Below, piece by piece: positions 25,201-40,200 of a DNA stretch of 64,000 nt. The DNA is taken from assembly GCA_965112155.1 (NCBI GenBank), contig OZ218099.1; one strand, 5' to 3'. Every line of letters begins with the position of its first letter. The stretch's first letter is position 1. The position numbers and the translations under genes were made by a program. This DNA comes from Podarcis liolepis. Lineage: Eukaryota. Below the pieces are notes generated by a model. The model searched no databases and was not told where the DNA came from. It worked only from the letters and a program-made list of their open reading frames with translations.

Positions 25201-28200
25201 TGGGAGGAAATTAGGTGGCAGTGGCAAGGGTAACTTGAGAAAGTTTGCATATACAAAGTCCTCAGCACTGCTCAGGAAAAAAGTAAGCAGCAAGCACCTG
25301 TTCTCGCAGTAAAAGCATTGTGCCCCACCCCTTCTAGTGTGTGATATGCAATGTGGGGGTGCATGGCACAATGATTAAAAGCTGCACTGTGATTAAAAGC
25401 TGCACTGGCTGCTTCCTTCCTGGTTCATGGGCAATGTGAGATAAGGCACAAGTTACCCTCCACTTTGCTGACCTAGCCCCTGTCTCCAGGTAGGAACAAA
25501 ACATGTGCACAGAAACGACCCTATTCCTTTTGAAATGAAGAGAAAGGAGAGGAGAGGAGAGGAGGAGGAGAAGCTGGGCCTTCCCATGAACTCCTACAAC
25601 ATGAAGGGATCAAGCTCATCACCTTTTCCTATCTATGGCGCTGGGAAGAAAACCAGGCTAAGCATTGCCAAAAAACCTTTTATGGCCTGTTTTGTTCACC
25701 CCCTTCCCCAGGTCAAAGAGGAAGTCACAGGACCAAGACAGTAGGGCTTTTTGCTTCAATTTGGCAAAAGTTTAGGCTGGCCCTGAACAAGGCAAGCTAT
25801 TTATTGTTTGGAAACAAATCTTACCTTTACAATACAAGCACAGGTGTTCATTTTGTAATAAGATGCATCGTATGAAAAGGGCATGATCAGGAAGGCCACT
25901 TGGGAATTTAGAGATGGGGAATAGGGACACAATTTGTTGCTGCCCCCTGTTTTCCCAATTGAGTCCACTTGCACCTATTGATCCCAGGGTGGCTGAACAA
26001 AGCAAGATTGCTGACAGCATCTTGAAAATTGCTGGGTATGTGTTAGAAATAATGCAATGGAATTTCAGCCGCATATATGTTGACAGTGACCACACTGCCC
26101 ACTTTCTGCTTCATCAAGACATTTGCTGAGATGGGTAGGCAAAGTTGGGAAGGGAAGGGAGAACAAGGAGAAGTGAAAGACTTTGGTTGTATTGATCAAC
26201 TTATTTCCAGGAAATGAGAAACACAACATCAGACAAGCTATGCTCTTTATTCCACAACTTCTGTTGATGAAACAGTATAAGCTAGTTTGAATGATGGTCA
26301 AAAGCTTTCCTGTTTTCATGAACAGAATTTAGTCCAATATGCACCAAGGCATTGGCACTCTAATTTATGTTTCTCATTTTGAAGTATTTTCAGTGCCAAA
26401 CATCCCCATTACATATTCATCACTGCCAAACTCTCAGGACAGTTACTGGACTGAAGGAGCACAGTATGCAAAAGACATGCGGCACACCTATAGGACCATC
26501 ATTACCACATTGAGCAGAAGCCTTTCAAGAACCTCCTCTCTTTGTGGATAAAGAGGGACTCTAAGTAGAAAGACCATTGGTCGTACCTGCAATGCTAGGT
26601 GCGGATGCAATGCTGCTGAAAGAGCTACTGTAGCCGGAGGCACTAAGTGGCCAGGCACTCGATGAAGGCAGCGTGGCATTCTGAGATGATGTTGGGGATG
26701 ACCCTGCAGAACCAGCAAAGAAGCAACTAAGAAAGATGGGCAGAATGGTGTCTACTGTAGCATATGCAATTCTAACACCGTCATGTGCAAACAGAAACCA
26801 TGCAAGGTAAGATGCTAACCCAGCCTTGCCTTTGAGGTCTAGGAATGAAATGTTATAGGAAGCATGATCCGATGCAGCAGAACTAAGTACCAAAAAAGGG
26901 TGGCACGGTGACAAGGGTAGTTGTGCCCATGCAGAAGGATACATTCTAACTCTCCTTAAACTGTTATTTCCAAGAAGGTGACATTCATTGCCACCGTATC
27001 CAGGATACATGAATCGTAGATGAAAAATGTTTATGAAAATGCAGCTATATCAGTTGTGGTGACCCATGTGTCATAAAGTTAAAAGCATCGTTCTGTGCAA
27101 GGCAGGTCAGACAGATGTGCTCATCTCGGCCCCACTTGCCTTCGACAATCCCTGCAACTGTCGCCAGCCAACCCCACCCCCTCCAGCTTTGTGGCATGGG
27201 ATGTTCCCACAAGCCTCAGCAAAATAAGTCACATCACAGGCCAAGGCCAGAGCTGCAGGACCAAATGCCTCCACAGATCTGCCCTGGGAGCCAAGTGTCA
27301 CGTCTAGTGCTCTGCAGCCACTGTGCAACTGCCACATTCAGGCTATTGAAAACCAATAGGGTGGTCAAGTTGCTAGAAGCCACCTGGAATTATAAATTCT
27401 CTTGTAATGCTTCTTAGACAGAGGCACACAAATTACTTTAGAAGTTATTTATATAGTCAGAAGGGCTAAACATGACTTACACACATGGCATCTTGTTGGT
27501 ATGGGTAACTTATATATGAAGGAAGAATCTCAAGGGGGAAAGCCCAAATAATCGAATCCAATCTAACATTAGCATTACTATACAAGTGGACAACAACTCT
27601 ATTCTAATAAATTAAGGGACTATCCAAGTTTTCAGATGTGGTGGAGCAAACATCAGCCATTCATCTTAAAGGCTTAAGGGTCCCACGGTGAACTCATCTA
27701 TGATAGATTGTGTTGTGTGAATATATCCTCTGTTTGAGGTACCTTGCTATATTGTTGTGAAGACTAGAGAGAATCACTCTTCAGTGACTGGTTTGCTGCA
27801 ATATGTCTTGCTCTTGCACCCAGCATTTTCAGTAATAACACAGGGCCGATCCATATGCTGTGCGGCTGCAGCACCCACATTAATAGGGCTCCCTGGTTTT
27901 TATTTCTCTGCCTGCTCAAACACTGAAAAATATGCAGGCACTGTGATGGGACATCTGTGCATGCCTCACATATCCAGCCCCTTCTCTCCATGCCTTGCAA
28001 GTTACTTGTGGTCATAGCGTAAGTATCTTGTATTGGGCAGAGGACAGACTGGACTGGCATGCATGAGATGTACAGAGATGCTCCTTTCTGTCTAACATCC
28101 TATCACACCACCTGCATGCATGTCTGTGAGGCTTGGGGGCGGGCAGAGGGAAAGCAGATCTCTTCCGAGCCTAGTTGAACTTTTTACCTACATTTGCTAC

Positions 28201-31200
28201 TCCTACAAGAAGATAATGTCCAATGTATATAAATTCAGAAAATGGAAAGTTGATGTTATTTTCTGAGTCTTGAAAAAAGCTGGCCGTTATCTTGTACAAG
28301 TATTTCATAACAAGATAACTATACATACTAAAACCAATTGTAACGCAAAGTTGTGTGATAACTTCTGCTCCAGGATCAATGCTCCAGTGAAAAACCAACA
28401 GTATAAAACCCACAAAGAAACTGCATGATGCTACATAATGTTTTGTGTATCCCACACTCATGTGGACTGCATCATCCCAGACTATAAGGAAGTCAGTTGA
28501 GCAGTCAGTGAGTGTTGCATGAAACCAGTGCTTTAGTTCCCATGAGCATATATATATACTTGAAAGGCTCCCATGCTTCCAGGAAATCAGCAAATCAACC
28601 TGATTATATGTTTGCCATATATGGTGGTGATCCTGCCTTAGCACATAAGGGGGGGGGAGTTGGATCTATGGAAAATTATGAAAGGAAAATATTACTAAAA
28701 TTACTTTAAAAGTCTTGGAAGCAGAATGCTTACAGACATTAAGGCAATAAATGTAAGAAGATTATAAGTGGTATACACCTAGATTTTACTCAAGAGTAGA
28801 CCCATTTAACTTAGACCTAACTTAGTCATGTTCATTGATTTCAGTGGGTCTGCCATGAGTAAACTTAGCTGAACACAACCCTATGGCTCAGCTCACATGA
28901 ATGAACCTCACACGCTTGTGCATTCATTCATTCCCTCATGTATTTTTATTTCTTCCCATACTTCCTAGTTCTCAGCAAAGCATAGTTTGCCATTTCAGCA
29001 TGGTTTGCCTCCAAACCAGAACTAGAAACCAAGATCAAATGATGGTTTCTAGTTCTGTGTTTGCTAAGAACCAGGAAGTGTGGGAAAGAACTGAAACATC
29101 TGAGGAAAGGAAATAATAAGTCAGCCTGAGGCTCATTCTGGTAAAAATACACCAGTGAAAGAGTAAAAGCCTGAGAAGAGAGATCTTGCACTGAAGACAC
29201 TGGGTAGGTTCAGAGTAACTAAAGCATAATTTAGCAATATGAGAACAAGCCCAATCATTCTGTGGGTTTGCATTCTATCCACTTCTCTTCCAACATGGCT
29301 GTGAGGAGGAATTACCATGTCCAAACCAGTGCATCTTAACTATGGTTAGTGACAATAAGCCAACTTTGAACCATAATTTATGAAGCTGGCCTATTTTCAC
29401 TAACCATAGTTAAGTCTAACCACAGTCTAGTTTTCAAATGATCTCCTTGTGCTTGCATCACAGGGGGAAGAGGGTGAGCCCAAGCCCAAGCCCAAGGGAA
29501 ATTGAGGCACATTTTAATAACATTTTACTGTGGTTTAACATTATGTCCAAACACAGACAATCTATTTTAGTGTGAAGATTGCAGGTATGATGCCCTCTAT
29601 CCTCATATACAATGAGAGAAAATGATCTGGAAAAGGTGTGAATCTAAGAACGGTGACCTAGATTTGATGGAGGTAAAGTGGAACTGTCAATGATCATGAC
29701 AAAAAGGCATGACAGAACATTCAATATGCATTGAGGGCAAATAGCTGTAATACAGAAACAGCTGTGGATGAAGATTTGTCCGCAACCTCTAGCAGAAGGC
29801 ACAGTCATTAATGACTGTAAGAAGACATCTCTGGCAATGCATTCACAGCTGTGCTCATGCCAGCTGCTGAAAGAACAACACTCAATACTGAATGTACAGG
29901 GTATTTTTGTATTACTAACAGAGAACCTGAACATCCAGGCAGCATGTATAAGATAGATAAAATTATGGTAGTAAGTAATGCATACGAAGATGTGCTGATA
30001 AATCAGGGTGCCTCAGCTAGTTGCAAAGTCACAGGAATTATGTCAACCATACAAAAATTAAATTTGCATTCCAAATATGCAGATAATTTTTCATTGTGCA
30101 ATAGAATAACCAAGAAGCAACACATAAACAAAACAAGTTTCCATGTTATTCTATATGTGCATTCTGATGCTGAGCCCTGAGAGTCTTAAGAATGCTTCAA
30201 ATATTAGAAAAATCTTGTCATCTACAAAAGGCTTCACTGTTCACAGTCTGTGCAGTACAAATATATCCTGCTCTTTTCATCACCTTGGTTTCCCCATCCA
30301 GAACAATCTACTGTCCTTCTATTACCCACACTTTTCTTTTCAAAAGATTGGTCGGAGACAATTCAGTTTGTAAATCCACTTTAAACTGTGGGTCAAATGA
30401 TGCTTGGAGGTTAGTACTAATTTGCCTAATTTTGATGGCAAACTGTGGTTAGAGGAAGCTCTAAAACAGAAAAGGGAATCATAACTCTTTTGGGGTGTGG
30501 TGGTGAAGGGCTGGAATGTGATTTCTGAACCATGAACCTGGCCACTTCATTATTGAGGAGTCCACATGTATAAATGTTCACAGAATTATACAAAATAGAT
30601 ATTTTCCGTAAGTTTTTCTGGTTTCCGTAATATTTTACAACATCAATTTCTACTTTACAGTATGAAAACAGCTTTGCCTATGGGATGAATAGCTTCTGCA
30701 TTAAGGTATGCATTAAAACAGGGCTGTACAACTTCTAATCATAGTTTGGAGTTCAGTCAAACTGAAGGCTACTTTTATATTTTTACTAATGCAAGAGTAT
30801 TACATCATATGGTTAATAACTGAAACTCATTTTTCTTGAAAATTTTAATGCTGCATTTTCTTTAACCCATTCTCTGTTAACCACTTTCATTTCTACACTG
30901 GGAAACAACATACTTTATTCTTTCTTCAAATCCTGTATTTTTCTGCTTCTCTATCCATAGGTGTTTCTGCCATTACTCCCCTATTTTTTTCTATGCTTCC
31001 TATAGCACTCTTCTTCCCCCTGTACAGATCTCTTAGTATCCAAATTTCCATTTCCCCTCTACAACTTATGATTCCTCTCCCCCACTCCACATGTCTTGTC
31101 TACACTCTCATTACCATCTCTCCCCCCTCATTTCCCCCTCTGCCTTGTGGTGTTTGATCCCTCAACCAAAGTAATGCTCAGCAGTGAAATAATCTCAGAA

Positions 31201-34200
31201 TCAAATTAGATGTTTCTGGGTTGTTGTTGTGTTGTTGTTTTTAACAGTTTAAGAGCGGGTCCAGGGTGTTTATCTGTCATGAATCCAATTAGGATGCTGG
31301 TACTGGGGGAAAGCAAGGAGCTAACACCTAATGAAAACTGCCCCTTACTCATCCACTGAAGTGGATTTGCTGCCATATAGTACCTGTATGTCTTCATGAT
31401 GATAGAAACAGAATCTTGGAAATGAGTTATAATTGTGAAAATGGTGGAAGGAAAAGGAAACCCCCTTTCCTTTCTGCCAGGAAATGATAGAAACCCCACA
31501 CCAGCACCTCAGTTATTTCCACTGCACACTCCACAGTTGCCATTAAACTGTTAAAAAGGAGCTAGAGAGCTAATCATAGATCATGTCTAGCTGCACTCAT
31601 AGAATGCAAAAGGGTCATTCAGTGCAGCTGGGTGGGTGAATAAGCTGGAAAAATCTGGCACCAGTTCCATCTTGGAATCTAGGGAGAAAAGGGCCAAGGC
31701 AAATGTAGTGGTGCATGCATCCTTTCAAATGCCCCCCCCCCAATCTTTGATGGATTTTCAAGGCTCCCACAAATATGAGGCAAAGGACCACAAATAATGG
31801 CTATTTTGAATTCCCTTAAATTCCAAAGGGATGCCACCAGGCAGGAAAGGGAGATACACTAAGTTCACTGGACTTATGATTTACAGCCTGGGTTGAGAAG
31901 AACGGTATTACAGTACATGTAGGTAACAAAAGGCAGAGAGCTTTGTACATACATGCAAATGTCTACTGCTGACTGTAATCTCTTATTCTTATGTATCTAA
32001 CTTCTATGTAAAATCTACATAGATGGCGTAACGGAGACAAACAATTATTTTTTCCAGCCGACAAATCCAAGAACATAGCTGAAAAATACACCCAAACGTA
32101 CAGAACTTCTAAGGACAAAACTGATTCATAGTCATCCTTGAAGATAGGGAGTGAAGCAGCTCAATCTATAACTGGGAGGCCTGTTAAATGTAAATTACCA
32201 ACACAACTATACTCCAGTTAGTATTGTTGCTACATGACTTCCACCGGGCAGTGCAAGTCACTTCAATATAAGCTAGGCATCTTCAGATGCAGCGCTTGTT
32301 TCTGCTACTTTAGAAGCCAGTTAGTACAGTCAATAGCCTGGTGTTTGAGGAAGCTCAGATAAAGATGTGACAAAGAACATTCACTATATAGGGCCTCTAT
32401 TTTTATTTTTATATATATTGCCTGCTTCTGGGTTTAGTGATGGGTCAGCCCATTTTCTCATCACAAATGACACCCCATATGAGATTTATGATATTCACTT
32501 TCTTGTTAACAGGACAGCTGCTTGTAACTGGATTATGACTTCACAGCTGTAATGTACAGGAAAAAGGAAATCTTTACTGAAGCTCAAGAGTGACATAGCA
32601 ACTTCTGATGAACGTGGAAGACTTGTCCACTAAACTAAAACTTGTATAGGCTTAAAATTTCAAAGATGATGATGAAGTCTTCAAATGATACCCTTACAGG
32701 TCAAAGTCAAAATAAATCAAATCTGAAGGCAGATGTTCAAGCAGAAACAGCTATTATGAAATACAGTAGATATTCAGGCACAGTTTTGAGTTGCATGAGT
32801 ATAAGGACCAAAACTAGACATGACATTTAGTGATGTGCATCTTTCTCTATTTGTCTTAAAAATAAGATAAAATTCAGCACTAGTAGGTTGTGAATTGAAA
32901 GCAGAGAGGAAGGGGTGGCTTAGTCATTCCCCTGTCTGGCTCAGCCTTTCCCACAAGTTGAAAGAACAGCTGGAAGGGAGTGATTTTTTGGGTGGGAAAG
33001 CAGCCAGCAGAGAAGGTTTACATAGGGCTGTTCCCTGCTATTCTGCTGGTTAAACTTGTAGCCACCCAAGGCTGTTTATAGCTTAAAAACTAAATGCTTA
33101 GGGAACAAATACAATTGCAAATTATGTCAATTCTGGTCATGAGTACAGATGGCTTTCAGACTTGGGTATACTATAAAAACACAGAAGTTGAAGAGAAAGG
33201 AAGGGAAACAATAAAGGCAACATGATACATGGATATTACTCTACCTCCACTCTTGAGTAGATAGCGATTAACATCTTGTATGGTGGTGTTAATAGTTGGC
33301 CCTGTTGGAACACTTCCTGGTGTAACGTCAGGATCATTCTCAGGGTCAATGTTCTGCAATCCTTTCCATGGTACCCCAGGATGAAATTCTGTTTGGGCGA
33401 AAATAAGATGACATCACATTTCTTACCAAGATCCACATGCGTGGGAAAAGGTACCGCTGCACAGAAGATGAAACCAGGTACACAACTCTCTGGTGATGGA
33501 GTGGGCATTTTGATAAAAAGTTTAAGAAAAACATTTTATAAGGGAGGTTTGGATGGATGGATTTTGTTGTCCAAATTCAGTGCTAGTATCAGACAGGTAG
33601 GAAGTTTTATCCCAGTTCACACCAGGATAAAACATTTTATGTGCCTGTATGCCTCGACCAACAAAAGCGTGGCAAAATGTTCCTCATACTTTCATCTTAC
33701 GGAAGACTACAGCTGGAATGAGCTGAACTAGTATGTTAACATTTGGATACTGAAAGCATTGCCTCAGTAAAGGGGCTTGTATCACATTTCAGATACCTTC
33801 AAGCTCTAAAAGCTAGAATACATATTTTTTTTGTTACCTGGTGGCCAGTTGATACTGGAGCCATTGGAGATTTTATCACTATCAGATTTGGCACGTGACC
33901 AGCTGTGAGGAACGGCTACAGGAGGACTAGCTGGTGACTCGTTGTTTTGAATCAGATCATACCGGCCATAAGAGTCATCAATGGAGGACTTTCCTGGAGG
34001 ACCAATACTCAGACCTCCAGGGATAGCACCTAGAATAAAGAAGGTGGGATGACAGTACAAGATTATTAAGAGCATGGGTAACATTTGGCTCCTTCTCTTA
34101 TTGGTAGTCATTATAATTAGCAAAGCAAAGTATCACTCACACAACACATCTGTAACAGTGGCCAGTTAAGTGAAAGATAGCAGGTTAAACTGGGGCTGAA

Positions 34201-37200
34201 AGGTAGCTAACACAGTTCAAAAGTTATCTATCAAAGATTTGTGAGATTAAAGCTGCTACTGGGTGTAAATCTCACTGAACACACAGTGGGACCTGTTTCA
34301 AACAAACCTGCATGGGTCTGATTTGCTACTGATAAAACTGTCAAGTAAAGTTAAAACAAAAGGACTCTAATGAAAAATGTAAGATACACAACATGGTATT
34401 TTGCTGAGTGTCAGCAAAAGCATTTTGCTATATGGATCATTAAGATCCTTAAAAATCTTACCAATATACTCACAAAATATAAATGTTTTTAAAGAGCACA
34501 GTATTAGCTGTGAGTTTAGAAAATGGGAGTTTGAAACAAGAGCAGGGAGCTAAAACAGGTTTCTCTCAGTATTGGATTAAAATGTATAATGACACTAAGG
34601 GCAATACTGAATTTTCACTTCTGCTCTGCCTACAGTTGTAGTCTGCATTCAATTTACATTAATGTGATGAATTCCAAACACAGTTGGTAGGTATTTTGCA
34701 CTCTCTTTGGGGTGTGTTTTTTTGGAAACTGCTCACCTAAGTGAACCTCCGCCCCTGCCAACTTCTCTTAACATCTCATAAAGTTTAAGATTTAAGGATT
34801 CATGAGAAAAATATAACACATGTGTAATTTAATTTTCTAACTGTGCATTCTATGCTTACCTGTTTGGAGATTAAATCTGATTGAGTTCAGTGGGGCATAC
34901 TTCCCAGTAAATGGATATAAGACTAGCCTAAGCCACTCAAAAGTCGAGATGCTTGATGTTCTGGACTTTTCAAACTGATTTTCCCTTCTTGGTTTTTAGG
35001 CCATTAACATTTATTATGACCAATAATATGAGCAATGAAATCAGTATGAGCAGTAATATGTGTGTGGGGGTGTGGTGGGAATTACAAGAATAAGATATTT
35101 GCACATACAAATGTTCCATTGAGAAATTTATATTCTGTTAAGTACTTTGCAATGCCCATTGCTAACCTGGGGTGGGGGGAGAGAATACAGTGGTACCTCA
35201 GGTTACATATGCTTAAGGTTACAGACTCCGCTAACCCAGAAATAGTACCTCGGGTTAAGAACTTTGCTTCAGGATGAGAACAGAAATCGTGCTCCGGCAG
35301 TGCGGCGGAAGCAAGAGGCTCCATTAGCTAAAGTGGTGCTTCAGGTTAAGAACAGTTTCAGGTTAAGAACAGACCTCCAGAACGAATTAAGTACTTAACC
35401 CGAGGTACCAATGTATCGGAAAAACGTGGAATCTTGCAATTGGACTTGATGTATTTAGAACGATGACACATACCGTGCTTGCTAGGATTCTGGTCAAGTG
35501 GAGAAGCAGCACTGGAGAGATTATCCATTGAGTTGGGATGTGTCCACTGAGGAAGGCGAGATTGGGACTGAGAAGTGTCCTTCACTGACAAACCACCAGG
35601 AATGTCCATGCTGTTTACATTCATGTTTGGGTTCAGTCCAGCTAAGAGGAAGTAGGCAGGCTATTAAGAAACCCTTAATCCCCGATTCTTGGCATTTAAT
35701 CACACTTTACTTTAAGCTGAAATCACAAGCTAATCTTTTTACGTCTACAAGTAATGCAAACATGGGTTAAAGCAGCAAGGGCCCAAGAAGTAAATTGGGA
35801 GGGATAGTATATTACAACCACCAAGTATCTTACAACCACCTAAACTGGTACCTACCACTACATTTTCTGTAAGTTAATTTAAGACTTAAGTTATTTTGTT
35901 CTGTCAGTCCTAAACCTTCTACCATTCAGACTCATTCAGGGATCCTGGATTCTAATATTATACAAGATAAAAAGAGTAAAAGTGCTGCCTGAGTTTTGTT
36001 ATACTGATTTTATTCTCTGCTTCTGAAGTTTTTAACACTGTGCCATTTTTTGATGTTGTTATGGTTCAGTTTTAATGGTATTATTATTATTATTATTATT
36101 AGCTGCCAGAGAACTTTGTTTTTGGGTAGCATATTAATAAAGATAATAAGTAATTTGGACACAGTTGCCAAATTAGTTAAGAAGCAGAGGTATGCAGGAG
36201 AAAGGATTCCAGACTGAAGCAAGTTAAATCACTGTATGTATACATAATTAGGTAATTTACATCCTTCTGAACAGGTCCTTAAATAACTGCACATACCAAG
36301 GGGGTAAGGAGCAAAGGTGTTCGGTGAAGACTGTTGCTCTTTGGTCTGCAGGTCAGATAGGCCAGGAGCCTGGGGATGGGGTGAAAAGTTATCCATGGCT
36401 GATTTGCCTGCAGGGGGGTGCAAAGATAGATGTGGAGGGGGTGGCTGCTGCTTCATAAGCAGGGCCTGGGCCAGCTGGCGCTGGTGCTGCTGGATCTGCT
36501 GCTGCATGTTATTGATTGTACGTGCAACCTGGCAGCAAGGAAAAAATAAAACAAAGTAAGCAAATGCTAGATGGAACAAAGGTTTGTGGCACTTTATCTA
36601 GAACCACTCAGCAGACAGTGAATTCAATAGATTAGGAATTAGATGCATCCCAGACATGGTAAGAGAAACTGGTCTGTCAGCCCCGTGTGTGATTTATGTC
36701 TGCATTAAAGCGTGCAGCACAGTAGATTTCCTTCACAAATAAGCTTTTTCTTGTAACATGCTAGACTCTTTAGAGGCTTTACATTTGGAACTGGGTCAAC
36801 AAGTTGCACCTACTTGCTGCTCCTGTTGTCTGATGGGTCCGGAAACATTACGCTGAGCCTGTAACATCTGCTGCTGGATTTGTAAACGTTGGTACGCCTG
36901 CAAGTTGAGAAAAAAAAAGGTCTAAGGTCACAGTGTGAAGAAGCCCAATGGCCTCACTGCAACTGCATTAAATAACATATGAAACAAATGCATGTTCCCA
37001 AAGCCCTCCTTGCAGGAAGTAACAGACCCAGAGACAGAAGTCAGCTCAGATCAAGAGTGCAAACAATACATGGCCAATTAAAGCTATTTAAAACGTGATG
37101 AGGAAAAGGCATCATCAACTGAATGATTGTTCAAAGAAAATGTAAACACGGAGATGCAAATAGAGTGTTAGTAGCATGTGAGAGAACTAATCACAAAGGC

Positions 37201-40200
37201 CCAGGGTAGACAAAACATTTAATCAGGGTTCATGCTAATTCTGCTCTCTTAATCCTGGTTTAGAACTCAAGTTAACAGGAACACTGTGGTGCAGAGGTTG
37301 CCCACAAGGTGCTTGTTGAAGGTCTTAATAAATATCCCCTTTTAAAACCCCTCAGACTCTTTGCCTTTCTTGTTCAATTCTGTCTGCATGACTCCACCTC
37401 TCCTACACTGAGCATGCCCCCTTAAACATGCCCACATCTCACTGGGTGCCAAGTTGCTCTCTGTGAGCAAGTGTAGCGGTGGCTGATGTATGTACTTTCC
37501 CCCCTTTGATGGGGTGGCTACTGGGAGAGGGGAATGCCACACCATTCTGTCTCCTTTTCCTCTCTTTTTCCTTGGTAGCAAGGTATGTCATGCCCCCACT
37601 CCCGCAGTTATTTGGTATTATGCTACATCTCCACAGCAGCCATTTTGTGTTAGGGCCTGTCCTCCTGGCAGCCATTTTGTGACTGACATCCCTAGCACTT
37701 TCTCAAAATTCCAAGTGTGTCTACTTGCCCAAAAAGATTAGAGAACCTTTAGCTTGTCAAACTAAGCCCTGGAGCACACATACATTGAGATGATACCAGT
37801 GGAATTCATCTGTTGCCTACCTGAAACCCTCTATACAGTCATACCTCATGTTATGTCTGCTTCATGTTACGTTCTTTCAGGTTACGTCCTGTGGCAACCG
37901 CGACAAAGGGTTATTTCCGGGTTTCACCACTTGTGCATGTGCAGAAGTGCAAAATGACGTAATGCGCAGAAGCAGCGAATTGCAACCCGTGAATGCGCAG
38001 ACGCGCCACTGTGGGCTGCGCACTTTTCATGTTGCAAATGGGCCTCTGGAACGGATCCCGTTTGCAACCAGAGGTACCACTGTACTATGGTTCAAACCAT
38101 ACATTCACACCTGGTCTCTGGCTAGGGCTTAAGCTTATTTAAGGTATTTATACCACTGTTGTTATGTCTGTACATACTTCTGTATGCTCACAAAACTGAA
38201 ATAAAAAGAAGTTCTATATTTATAACATGGGGCAGTTTTCTCAAAACCTAAGACTAGTTGTTGCCATTGGGTACATTGAATTCTACACTGGTATCTTAAT
38301 ATCTGGAAGACTGGGTCCTAGAAAAATTTGGTTTGCAATAACTTTGAAAGGTTTGCAATAAAATACATGCATATTAAGGGCATGACTGATTGCACAAATG
38401 AATGGAAATAATGCTCCATTGCATCTACTGGTGAAGAAGTATTGCAGAACATCAATTTTATTAGATTAGCATACAATACAAAAACAACAACACAGGAATC
38501 TATCAGAAATATTGTAGAATTTTGAGTAATAGTAGTGGTACCAGAGGTTGTTTTTGAGGTTACAGTCCTATACATGTGTTTCAAAAGTTAAGTTTAGAAC
38601 AATCCAATGGTAATGAGCAAAGTATTTAGTCTTTATCATACTGGAAGTATCAAGCAACTTTTAAGATTCAGGTAGGTATATAAATTCATTTTCAGAACCA
38701 AGTCTAATCATCATTTCTGAAGTGAACATGCCCATTCATGTGGCTTTAAATGCAAGATTTTCTTTCTGGATTTATAGCTTTCTCACTGTGNNNNNNNNNN
38801 NNNNNNNNNNNNNNNNNNNNNNNNNNNNNNNNNNNNNNNNNNNNNNNNNNNNNNNNNNNNNNNNNNNNNNNNNNNNNNNNNNNNNNNNNNNNNNNNNNNN
38901 NNNNNNNNNNNNNNNNNNNNNNNNNNNNNNNNNNNNNNGTAAGAGGTGAATATTCATTACTACAGTGGTTAGTAATGACCTTAGTTACAGGTCTGAACTC
39001 CTTGCAGAGTTGAAACAAGACAATTCCAAAGAAAGTGGTTTTTAGGTTACTTGCTGTGATTTTTGTTTAATAGAAAGCTATGTGTAGAAGTTGAAAGCAA
39101 GCACAACATATCACAGCAAAATAAACCTTCATTCCAGAATTGCTCATCCTTTCTGAACCTGACACATAAAATATAAATACTTGAGAGTTGTATCCAACCA
39201 ACTCATTGTATGTGTCTAACAACTTCTGCAAGTGCCACACAAATTCCTCTCCCTCTTCTCCCCCCAGAACGGCTCCAGAGGGTTGAGGGAACTCCCACGG
39301 CAGATTTGGGGTGTGCGCAGGGGCAGGAAAGGGAGAGGAAGTTCCACCCTGTTCACAAAAGTCATTCCACACATGCAATGATTTAGTAGGGTACAACCTG
39401 AGTCACTAATAACTTTCCCACAACATGCTATTTTTTGTAATTCAAATAAACTGGCATGGCAAATTAAAAACTCTGTGGCATTTCTCTATACATGGTGCCT
39501 TTCACAGAAGTATATTGTGTAAGTGTTGTGGTGTCAATATTTTATGTTGCATTATTCCAACTGGCACTATCAGCCATCTCTAGGTGCAGATAACTTTAAG
39601 AATATATTATTTTTTTCTTCCATTTAAGTGTTCCACTCAATATGCATTAGTTATGGCACAGAAATGGCCATCGCCAGGGATACAACCATTTTTGCAAAAC
39701 TGAGGAGCCGGTGAGGAGGAGAAACCTGCCTCCTGACCTTACCGACAACCCAAGTGCTAACCGCTAGGCCCTTGTTTTCCAACTGCCAGTGGTTAACGAC
39801 ACCTGGGTTTGCATCCCTGGCTATCACTAATGCTACAGAGCTCAATCTAACCTGAGGGGAGAGAAACTGAGGCACTTGAGCACGAAGACTAGGCTGGGAT
39901 GAGTTAAGAGGTTGCACTGGCGGTTGCTGCGGCTGTTGCATGGTCCTGGCTTGTGCTGCTCCGCTATTGCCAAACATACCCAGATTGCCACTCGGTATCT
40001 GTGGGATGACAAGGTTAGAAGATTTAAGTTTCACAATTTTATAGCTTGTGACAGTCACTGTAGACTAGCTCAAGACATTAGCAAACAAAGGAGCTCTCAT
40101 GCAGATTAGCAGCAGGTGAAGCCTTTAAAGCAGTGATGGCTAAACCTGGCCCTCCAGCTGTTTGGGGACTACAATTCCCATCATCCCTGACCACTGGTCC

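Noticed and set aside
25372-25408. Tandem 18-bp duplication TGATTAAAAGCTGCACTG (a similar short repeat lies near 53997-54033)
   Set aside because: Only two copies, so simple slippage; not an array or CRISPR-like structure.
38722-39018. ORFs spanning the N-run
   Set aside because: Artefacts of the unknown bases.
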